Shown here in pieces: positions 56,641 through 64,000 of a stretch of 64,000 nucleotides of DNA. Made by a program: the position numbers and the translations under genes. Below the pieces are notes generated by a model, which did no database searches, had not been told where the DNA came from, and saw nothing but the letters and a program-made list of their open reading frames with translations. This DNA comes from a virus: the IMG/VR virus record IMGVR_UViG_3300020048_000055, positions 32,001 to 96,000 of that record. The stretch is one strand, 5' to 3'. Positions within the stretch are counted from its first letter, which is position 1. Every line of letters starts with the position of its first letter.

Positions 56641-58149
56641 CTAACAAGTAATTGTTCCCTCTACTATTGAAAGACTCTTAACATAGTCTCTTGTGAAAGT
56701 TTTTTCATTATCATAACAATAAAAGCTTCCTCCAACCTTTATAGGGCAACCTTCCAAGGAAGTTAATTTATTATTATTGCAGGAAAAATCATATCCAACC
56801 CCTTGTGGGCACCCTTCCAAACTTATAAGTTTGTTAGAAAAGCACTTATAACTTCCACCTACTTGTATAGGACTTCCTATTAAACTTGTTAAGGAAGTAT
56901 TAGAACAATTAAAATTCTCTGGAACTGTTTCAGGGCTTCCTTCTAAACTAGTGAGAAATTTAGAATACGAACAATCAAATCCCATCACCTTTTTAGGACT
57001 TCCAATTAAATTGATTATCTGAGTCTTTGTACAGTCAAAATCCCCTTCAACCTCCTGTGGACAACCCTCTAAGCTTGTTATCGGATTTGAATTACACCTG
57101 AAGTCTCTCCCTATTCTTTTTGGACTTCCTACTAAACTTGTAATATTATTTCTAGAACAATCAAAGTTTTCGGCAGGGGATGGACAATGCTCTAAAGAGG
57201 TTAAAAGATTGTCTGAACAGTAAAACCCTCCCTGTACACTTCTAGGACAATAAGCTAAACTTGTCAATTTATTATTAGAACAATCAAACTGTCTCTCCGT
57301 TAGTCTTGGTCCTCCAGATAAACTTGTAAGAACATTGCCAGAACAAGAAAAATATCCCCCTATAGTACCAAAGTTTATTTTTCCAAATGACCTTAATCTC
57401 ATATAAGAAATATCACAATCTCCATCAACATGTACAAATCCATCAGAATCTATGTGGAAGTCAATATCACGCTCTTTTAACATTTCTAAAGTCAAATCTA
57501 CGGAAAAATCTCTGTTTATTTTCTTACCTAAAAGTTTAGCTTCTTCAATTGAAGTTTCAATAATCGATTCTTCTATTATTCCATATAACCATTCTTCCTT
57601 GTAATCATCGTCCTTTTCATCAAAAATCTCAAGTTGACCCGTAGGGTAAATTGCTAAAGCTATTTTATTCCAAGACTCTGTTTCAACCTTATTTATAAAA
57701 TATATAAATGTTATACCTTGTTGAGTATAGTCTTTCCAGTACTTGTCAGTCTTCTGAAAGGCTGTACACCACTTCGCTTCAACTTTTCCTACATATTTTG
57801 ACGCAATTAATTTACTCGCTTCATAATGAAATGGTACAATACCAATAATATTCTCATCCTCATAAGCTAAACCAAAATCCGTACCTTCTAAAAGTCCTTG
57901 TAATCCATTTAATTTAACTTTATTTTTTCTTCCTGTCTTTGATTCGGTTTTCATTAAAACTTCAAAATCTGAATATTTCAAATCCTTTATGTTGTTCCAA
58001 TTAATTTCATTTTCTCTATTTGGGTGTTTAGCAAACCAGTCAATTACTTGGGATTTTTCATCCTCAGATAATTCTGGTATTTTTTTTATGAGGTGGTCTT
58101 TCTTCTCAAGCAAATGGGTAGCTTCATATATTTTCTCAAAATTATACAT
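56641..58149 (-). CDS. Conserved N-domain plus 21-aa LRR array protein, paralog D (about 10 repeats)
   Basis: IYE|ATHLLE|K leader; KWCTA domain; VGGxFxCxxNxLTSLEGxPxx repeats. Confidence 0.85.
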   Translation of the reverse strand: MYNFEKIYEATHLLEKKDHLIKKIPELSEDEKSQVIDWFAKHPNRENEINWNNIKDLKYSDFEVLMKTESKTGRKNKVKLNGLQGLLEGTDFGLAYEDENIIGIVPFHYEASKLIASKYVGKVEAKWCTAFQKTDKYWKDYTQQGITFIYFINKVETESWNKIALAIYPTGQLEIFDEKDDDYKEEWLYGIIEESIIETSIEEAKLLGKKINRDFSVDLTLEMLKERDIDFHIDSDGFVHVDGDCDISYMRLRSFGKINFGTIGGYFSCSGNVLTSLSGGPRLTERQFDCSNNKLTSLAYCPRSVQGGFYCSDNLLTSLEHCPSPAENFDCSRNNITSLVGSPKRIGRDFRCNSNPITSLEGCPQEVEGDFDCTKTQIINLIGSPKKVMGFDCSYSKFLTSLEGSPETVPENFNCSNTSLTSLIGSPIQVGGSYKCFSNKLISLEGCPQGVGYDFSCNNNKLTSLEGCPIKVGGSFYCYDNEKTFTRDYVKSLSIVEGTITC

Positions 58150-58167
58150 TTTCAAAGTCCTTTTTAC

Positions 58168-58752
58168 TTATTTAAGTCTTACATCAGAAGCAATAGTTTC
58201 AGCATACCCCATTATTTCTTTAGAAAGTTGTGCCAAATGCTTCGTAATATGAACCCCATTTGCTTGAGTATCGCTGTGGATAGCACTCCATTTTCCAGTG
58301 CCTTTAGGACCAGGAAACGTAAAGATTGAAAGGTTATTTTTAGCTAAATCTTCCCAATGACCTTGGTAATAGAACGAGGGGTCGTCGCTATATACTTTGC
58401 AATCTGAACTTTCTATTAGTAATTCTATTGTAGCTGTCTTATCCTCGAACGTCATTGCTTTCCAATCTACTATAGAAATTATCTCAGAAACTTTATAACA
58501 TCTTACCGCAACAGTGTAGTATCCCGCCATTACAGGGAAAGGTGATTTGAATTGTGCTAAAGGTTGACCTTTCTTAAACGTAGAATATACAAGAAATACC
58601 ATTTCTAATAAATCATTCTTAGTGTAAAAAGTAGCTGATTTGAAAGCCCAGCGATACTCCTCAGAGTATCGTATTTGGAGGTGTTTGTCAGTAAGTGAGG
58701 AAACACCATATTTACCCAAATCAACAAAACTAGTCTCTTCTATATGTTCCAT
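58168..58752 (-). CDS. Hypothetical protein
   Basis: RBS GAGGAG lies inside the 3' end of the upstream endonuclease gene. Confidence 0.7.
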   Translation of the reverse strand: MEHIEETSFVDLGKYGVSSLTDKHLQIRYSEEYRWAFKSATFYTKNDLLEMVFLVYSTFKKGQPLAQFKSPFPVMAGYYTVAVRCYKVSEIISIVDWKAMTFEDKTATIELLIESSDCKVYSDDPSFYYQGHWEDLAKNNLSIFTFPGPKGTGKWSAIHSDTQANGVHITKHLAQLSKEIMGYAETIASDVRLK

Positions 58753-60023
58753 ATACTTTTAATCTCCTCATTATATTTTATTCGTACCAACTTAATGTTG
58801 TTATCTATACAATATTTAGTTTTTATTGAATCATTTTTTTGTGTTCCATAAAGCCTTTCTACTCCACCAAAGTAATTAACGGGTAAAAAATGTTGTATCC
58901 CATCAAACTCTATTAAATAAGACAATTTTTCATTTTCAAATACAGCAAAGTCAAAAGGGAGAGGGAGTTTATTTCTACATTCCTTAATTCTATATTGTTC
59001 AACAAATGTTGCATTAATATTCTGTAAGTGATTCCTAATTTCTTGTTCCCCTCTAGAGGACTTGCATTTAGGACAACCTTTTCCATGTAAATGGCTGTTT
59101 GGAACTTGAAAAAAACTTCCATGTTCTAAACAACAAATCTCTACTTTTGATTTTGCATTTAAATAAGATACTTTAGAGTAATCATAGTTATCCTCATGTA
59201 CTTTTTTAGCTTTCTCAATAAAGTCAAGGGTTGTTGAAGTTTGTTTCCCTGAACATATTAGACAACCTCTACCTTTTAAATGATTATCAACTGTTTGCCA
59301 AAAACTTCCATGTTCTTTACAAATAATTTCTACTTTTGATTTAGCTGTAATATATTCAACTTTAGAGTAATCAAACTTTTCACCATGAACTTTTATTGCC
59401 TTAATTAAAAATTCCGACTTTGTAGATACTTGTCTCTTTGAACTTTGTTCTCCTGAACATATTAAACAACCATGACCAGATAAATGACTGTTAGCAACTT
59501 GAGAAAACTCACCATGCTCAGGACAAATAATTTTCACTTTTGAGGATGCATTTGTATACTTTACAAGAGAATAATCATATTTATCTCCATGAACTTCTAT
59601 TGCTTTTGCTTTTGATATAAACTCCAGAGTTGTTGGACTGTACATCCCAGAACATTTTGAACACCCATTTCCACTTAAATGATTATAAGGGGATTGAAAG
59701 AAACTCCCATGTTTTTTACAAATAATATAAACTTTCGAATCCGTATTTTTATATTCAACTTTAGAGTAATCATATTTATCCCCATGAACCTTTATAGCTT
59801 TATCTATAAACTCAGAGGTCGTTGAGGTGTTACTTCCAGAACATATTCGACAACCACTTCCAGAAATATGGTGATCTGCACGTTGAAAAAAGCTTCCATG
59901 TTCTTTGCATATAATCTCAAGTTTTGATTTAGTATTAGTATAGTTAATATTAGAGTAATCATATTTTTCACCATGAACTTTTATTGCTTTTTTTATAAAA
60001 TCGTTTGTTTTTAACTGTTTCAT
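58740..60023 (-). CDS. DUF723-repeat putative homing endonuclease with C-terminal PD-(D/E)XK domain, copy 1
   Basis: Five F..KA..VHG.KYDYS...C..HG.F.Q....HL.G.GC..C repeats; LPFDF...IEFDG.QH. Confidence 0.8.
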   Translation of the reverse strand: MKQLKTNDFIKKAIKVHGEKYDYSNINYTNTKSKLEIICKEHGSFFQRADHHISGSGCRICSGSNTSTTSEFIDKAIKVHGDKYDYSKVEYKNTDSKVYIICKKHGSFFQSPYNHLSGNGCSKCSGMYSPTTLEFISKAKAIEVHGDKYDYSLVKYTNASSKVKIICPEHGEFSQVANSHLSGHGCLICSGEQSSKRQVSTKSEFLIKAIKVHGEKFDYSKVEYITAKSKVEIICKEHGSFWQTVDNHLKGRGCLICSGKQTSTTLDFIEKAKKVHEDNYDYSKVSYLNAKSKVEICCLEHGSFFQVPNSHLHGKGCPKCKSSRGEQEIRNHLQNINATFVEQYRIKECRNKLPLPFDFAVFENEKLSYLIEFDGIQHFLPVNYFGGVERLYGTQKNDSIKTKYCIDNNIKLVRIKYNEEIKSIWNI

Positions 60024-60053
60024 CTTTAATTAGTCAGGGATAGTTTAAAATAG

Positions 60054-60078
60054 AAAAAACCAGTATTTCTACTGGCTT
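60054..60078 (-). terminator. Intrinsic terminator (duplicated at 61359-61383)
   Basis: AAGCCAGTA-GAAA-TACTGGTTTTTT on the - strand. Confidence 0.8.
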
Positions 60079-61328
60079 TATAATTTAATCTCCTCATCAT
60101 ATTTTATTCGTACCAACCTAATGTTGTTATCTATACAATATTTAGTTTTTATTGAGTCCCTCTCTTTAATTCTGTTAAATCCCTCTATTCCACCAAAATA
60201 CGTTACTGGAACATAATGCTGTCTTCCATCAAACTCTATTAAATATGATAATTTCTCATTTTCAAATACAGCGAAGTCAAAAGGTAGGGTGTATTTATCT
60301 TTACACTCTTTAATCCTGTATTGTTCTACAAAACTTTCACCCTTATTCAGTAATAGACTTCTAATTTCTTGTTCCCCATGAGAGGAGTTACATTTAGGAC
60401 AACCAACCCCCTCTAAATGATTACAAGATCTTTGAGTGAAAACTCCGTGTTCTTTACATACAATATCAACTTTAGATATAGAATTTTTATATTCTACTAA
60501 GGAATAATCATATTTATTTTCATGAACTTTTTTCGCCTTTTCTATAAACTCCAAAGTAGTTAACTTCTGTTTCCCAGAACATGCCATACACCCTTTCCCA
60601 GATAAATGACTATTAGCAGTTTGAAAAAAGCTACCATGTTCTGGACAAACAATCTCAAGTTTTATTTTTGCATTTGTATAGTTAGCTCTGGAATAATCAT
60701 ATTTGTCCCCATGAACAAATTTTGCCCTTTCTTTGAACTCAAGGGTTGTTGGTTGTTTTGTTCCTGAACATTCGGGGCATTCATGCTTTGATACATGACT
60801 ACTGGGTGTTTGTGAAAAAACTCCATGTTCAGGACAAATGATTTTCACTTTAGATGTTGAATTAATATAATCCACAAGAGAATAATCGTATTTATCTCCA
60901 TGAACTTTTTTAGCTTTTTCTATAAACTCTGAAGTTGTTGATTTTTGATTTCCTGAACATTTAGGGCAACCTTGCCCACCTAAATGATTGTTGGGAGTTT
61001 GGGAAAAAACACCATGTTCAGGACAAATAATTTCAACTTTTAATCCCCTGTTAGTGTATTCAACTTTAGAGTAATCATATTTTTCCTCATGAACTTTGAC
61101 AGAATTATTTATAAAATCAAAGGTAGTAAGTTTCTTATTCCCTGAGCAGAGTAAACAGCCTTTTCCCATTAAGTGATTCTTTGCTAATTGAAAAAAGCTA
61201 CCATGTTCTTTACATATAATCTCAACCTTTAACCTTGACCCTATATATTCAACTTTAGAGTAATCATATTTTTCACCGTGTACTTTAATTGCTTTTTTTA
61301 TATAATCGTTTGTTTTTAACTGTTTCAT
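60078..61328 (-). CDS. DUF723-repeat putative homing endonuclease, copy 2
   Basis: Same architecture; near-identical N- and C-termini to copy 1. Confidence 0.8.
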   Translation of the reverse strand: MKQLKTNDYIKKAIKVHGEKYDYSKVEYIGSRLKVEIICKEHGSFFQLAKNHLMGKGCLLCSGNKKLTTFDFINNSVKVHEEKYDYSKVEYTNRGLKVEIICPEHGVFSQTPNNHLGGQGCPKCSGNQKSTTSEFIEKAKKVHGDKYDYSLVDYINSTSKVKIICPEHGVFSQTPSSHVSKHECPECSGTKQPTTLEFKERAKFVHGDKYDYSRANYTNAKIKLEIVCPEHGSFFQTANSHLSGKGCMACSGKQKLTTLEFIEKAKKVHENKYDYSLVEYKNSISKVDIVCKEHGVFTQRSCNHLEGVGCPKCNSSHGEQEIRSLLLNKGESFVEQYRIKECKDKYTLPFDFAVFENEKLSYLIEFDGRQHYVPVTYFGGIEGFNRIKERDSIKTKYCIDNNIRLVRIKYDEEIKL

Positions 61329-61358
61329 TTTTAATTAGTAAGAGTTTGTTTAAAATAG

Positions 61359-61383
61359 AAAAAACCAGTATTTCTACTGGCTT
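61359..61383 (-). terminator. Intrinsic terminator of the tail tube gene
   Basis: Identical to 60054-60078. Confidence 0.8.
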
Positions 61384-61401
61384 TCATTAATCTAATTACT
61401 A

Positions 61402-62022
61402 TTAAGCTTTTACAAGACCCTGACCGTTCAAGAAGGGTTCGTGTTCATCATAATCGAATATGAAGTCTACTGTGTAAGTAAGTCTTTCAGAACCTTCACG
61501 TTTGAATTTTGGCTCTCCTACTTTTATTACATAGATATTACCATATTCCCAGGAAGCATTTGCATCTGAGGAAGAAGGTGAACCTGCGCCGAACAATGAA
61601 CCATCCTCAGCTTTCCAATCAAGAGTTGAAGGGATATAAGCACCAGCTAAGGCTTTAACTTTTATATCACCCATCACGGCGGCCCAGTTTGCTGAACCCC
61701 CAGTTACTGCATCAACTACTTGAGATTTCCAAATAGTGAACTGACCATAAAGGTTGTAAGAAGCGTCGAGGGAGAAGTTGATACTAAACTTCTTTTCCTG
61801 AACTACTTTCGGTTTAGGGCGATTAATTTCATTTCCATGATATTCTTTTTTATCTGTTTCGATACTTGATTCAGGAGGTTCAAAACCTTCTGCACGAACT
61901 GAAACTAACGAATGGGAATCTTCCCAAGGGAATCGTATCCAAATGTCATACATATTACTGTATGCGTCTGCTTTTGCGTTTACAAGAGCGTCAACTGCTC
62001 TATTTACTCCGGTTTTTGCCAT
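61402..62022 (-). CDS. gp19: T4 gp19-like tail tube protein
   Basis: N.YDI.I...VRA....P.......YHG....P....FSINF..D...Y..F..W...V.D..TG and final V.F.FD pattern. Confidence 0.7.
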   Translation of the reverse strand: MAKTGVNRAVDALVNAKADAYSNMYDIWIRFPWEDSHSLVSVRAEGFEPPESSIETDKKEYHGNEINRPKPKVVQEKKFSINFSLDASYNLYGQFTIWKSQVVDAVTGGSANWAAVMGDIKVKALAGAYIPSTLDWKAEDGSLFGAGSPSSSDANASWEYGNIYVIKVGEPKFKREGSERLTYTVDFIFDYDEHEPFLNGQGLVKA

Positions 62023-62106
62023 ATTACTCTTTCTCCTAATAATGTATAAATGATATCTTACTTTAATTAGTTGCGTTCATTTTCATGATTAATAATAACA
62101 ACCAAT

Positions 62107-62134
62107 ACTAAGTTAGTTGGAGGTTTTATGTTAA
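62107..62134 (+). repeat. Direct repeat (with 63456-63484) flanking LRR paralog E
   Basis: ACTAAGTTAGTTGGAGGTTTTATGTTAA vs ACTAAATTAGTTGGAGGTTTTTATGTTAA. Confidence 0.75.
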
Positions 62135-62151
62135 AAGAAATCTTTTCAAAA

Positions 62152-63414
62152 TTATACATATATTCCTCCTTCTACAGAACATAAACTTTCCACTTGATTC
62201 TTAGTAAACTTTATTTCATTCCAAGAACAATCAAAATGCCCTCTAACTGATTGTGGACTTCCTTCCAAACTTGTCAACTGATTATTATGACACTTAAAAT
62301 ACCCACCAACTGATCGTGGACTTCCAACCAAACTTTTCAACTGATTTTTAGAACAATCAAAATACCTACCAACTGTTTGTGGACATCCTTCCAAACTTGT
62401 CAACTTATTATAAGAACACTCAAAACTCCCACCAACTGATTGTGGACTTCCAAATAAACTTGTCAACTGATTTCTATTACACTCAAAATACCCGCCAACT
62501 TCTTGTGGACTTCCTATTAAACTTGTCAACTGATTATTATGACAATCAAAATACCCACCAACTGATTGTGGACTTCCTTCCAAACTTGTCAACTGATTTT
62601 TAAAACAATCAAAATCCCCACCAACTGTTCCAAACTTTATTGTTCCAAACGATTTCAGGAATTTTTCATATAAATAACAATCACCCTCAACGTTTACAAA
62701 CCCTTGTGAGTCAACAGTGAAATCAATTCCCCACTCTTTCAATAATTCCAAAGTTAAATCTACAGAGAAATCTCGGTTTATTTTCTTACCTAAAAGTTTG
62801 GATTCTTCTACAGAAGTATCAATAATTGATTTTTCTATTTTTTCATATAACCATTCTTCATTGTAATTATCATCATCTTCACTAAAAATCTCAAGTTGAC
62901 CATCAGGGTAAATGGCTACTGCAATTTTATTCCATGAAGATTCTTCTTCATCCTTATTTATAAAATATATAAATGTTATACCTTGTTGAGTATATTCTTT
63001 CCAGTGCTGGTCTGTTTTCTGATATGCTGTACACCACTTTGCTTCAACTTTTCCAACATACTTGGAAGCAAGTAATTTACTGGCTTCATAATGAAATGGA
63101 ACAAGACCAATAATATTCTCATCCTCATAAGCCAATCCAAAATCAGTACCTTCTAGTAATCCCTGAAGTCCATTTACCTTAACTTTATTTTTTCTTCCAG
63201 TCTTTGATTCGGTTTTCATTAAAACTTCAAAATCTGAGTATTTCAAATCATTTACATTATTCCAATTAATCTCATTTTCACGATTTGGATGTTTAGCAAA
63301 CCAGTCAATTACCTTAGACTTTTCATCGTCTGAAAGCTCAGGAATCTTTTTAATGAGGTGGTCTTTCTTCTCAGTTAAATGTGTTGCTTCATAAATCTTT
63401 TCAAAATTATACAT
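62152..63414 (-). CDS. Conserved N-domain plus 21-aa LRR array protein, paralog E (6 full repeats, 63-bp period)
   Basis: N-terminal ~230 aa highly similar to paralog D; homogeneous VGGYFxCxxNQLTSLxGSPQS repeats. Confidence 0.85.
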   Translation of the reverse strand: MYNFEKIYEATHLTEKKDHLIKKIPELSDDEKSKVIDWFAKHPNRENEINWNNVNDLKYSDFEVLMKTESKTGRKNKVKVNGLQGLLEGTDFGLAYEDENIIGLVPFHYEASKLLASKYVGKVEAKWCTAYQKTDQHWKEYTQQGITFIYFINKDEEESSWNKIAVAIYPDGQLEIFSEDDDNYNEEWLYEKIEKSIIDTSVEESKLLGKKINRDFSVDLTLELLKEWGIDFTVDSQGFVNVEGDCYLYEKFLKSFGTIKFGTVGGDFDCFKNQLTSLEGSPQSVGGYFDCHNNQLTSLIGSPQEVGGYFECNRNQLTSLFGSPQSVGGSFECSYNKLTSLEGCPQTVGRYFDCSKNQLKSLVGSPRSVGGYFKCHNNQLTSLEGSPQSVRGHFDCSWNEIKFTKNQVESLCSVEGGIYV

Positions 63415-63477
63415 TTATATTTCCTTTAATATTTAAGTGAAATCAACCTCACCTAACTAAATTAGTTGGAGGTTTTT

Positions 63478-63891
63478 ATGTTAACTGAAAAAGAGCTTAT
63501 TGGAGTATTTGAGGAAAAGAGTATTCCCGTATTACAAAAAATGTTAAATGTAGAAGAATTAAGGGTATATGCCTATGAGTTTCCTGTAAAGTACTTAGAA
63601 GAAAATGGGAGGGTTGACATGATCTTAGAGATAGTTCAGAATAAGAATCTGTTTGATAAGACAAACCCGATAATAGCCTTGGAGTTTAAAAGGGATCATA
63701 TCAAGCATGGGCCTATTGACCAGATAAACTTCTATCTTAAAGTTTTAAGCAAGAAGATGTACAGACCTAATGTAAGTGGTTGGCTTGTTGCTCCCTCTTT
63801 TTCAGACCATGAGATACAGGAAGCAAAAAAGAGTAATATAAAATGCCTATTGTTAGACGAGAGTGGAAATGTTAAGTTTGTTAGAATGTGA
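63478..63891 (+). CDS. NucS/DUF91-like PD-(D/E)XK endonuclease
   Basis: EK...EFP...GRVDMI...ALEFK...QI..Y...GWLVAP; GGAGG RBS before ATG 63478. Confidence 0.7.
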   Translation: MLTEKELIGVFEEKSIPVLQKMLNVEELRVYAYEFPVKYLEENGRVDMILEIVQNKNLFDKTNPIIALEFKRDHIKHGPIDQINFYLKVLSKKMYRPNVSGWLVAPSFSDHEIQEAKKSNIKCLLLDESGNVKFVRM

Positions 63892-63921
63892 GACTAATTA
63901 TGAATACTTAAGGAAGTTAAG

Positions 63922-64000
63922 ATGAAAAAATTATTACTAAATACAACCTTTTCACATGATGGATATTTGGGAACCGAACAAGGAAGAATAGTTATATTTG
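63922..64000 (+). CDS. Start of a hypothetical gene (truncated by window end)
   Basis: GACTAATTA motif at 63892; AAGGAAG RBS; ATG 63922. Confidence 0.5.
   Translation, partial: MKKLLLNTTFSHDGYLGTEQGRIVIF

Noticed and set aside
1799-62603. Numerous 60-160-aa ORFs antisense to or out of frame within long genes
   Set aside because: They overlap well-supported genes, lack RBS or motifs, and show typical antisense composition.
1-64000. tRNA, rRNA or structured ncRNA genes
   Set aside because: Intergenic gaps are short and explained by promoters and terminators. None was recognised by eye; tRNAscan/Infernal were not run.

Overview
AT-rich 64 kb segment of a large T4-like (probably jumbo) myophage genome, mostly coded on the - strand. 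It carries a T4 gp20-like portal, a gp21-like prohead protease fused to a coiled-coil scaffold, a gp19-like tail tube, a gp15-like tail terminator with an FN3 domain, and a ~22 kb block of modular fibre/baseplate genes. A + strand recombination/replication block encodes a Cas4/AddB-like nuclease, RNase H/FEN, Mre11/gp47-like and RecU-like proteins. Also present: a Mu Gam-like gene, an early lipoprotein missed by the ORF track, tandem DUF723-type endonucleases and a NucS-like nuclease. Most striking: two independent families of 'constant N-terminus + variable LRR array' paralogs (three 24-aa BspA/DUF285-type with shuffled modules; two 21-aa with prohead-protease-like leaders); putative head proteins built as small domains separated by L-x-E sites, one with a candidate A_AAA_AAG -1 frameshift; a Peptidase S74-like chaperone in the middle of a 2538-aa fibre; a nested scaffold start in the protease gene; a 51-bp early promoter element present three times; and an ACTAA(T/A)TA late-promoter-like motif. 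All protein family calls come from recognising motifs by eye, not from database searches.
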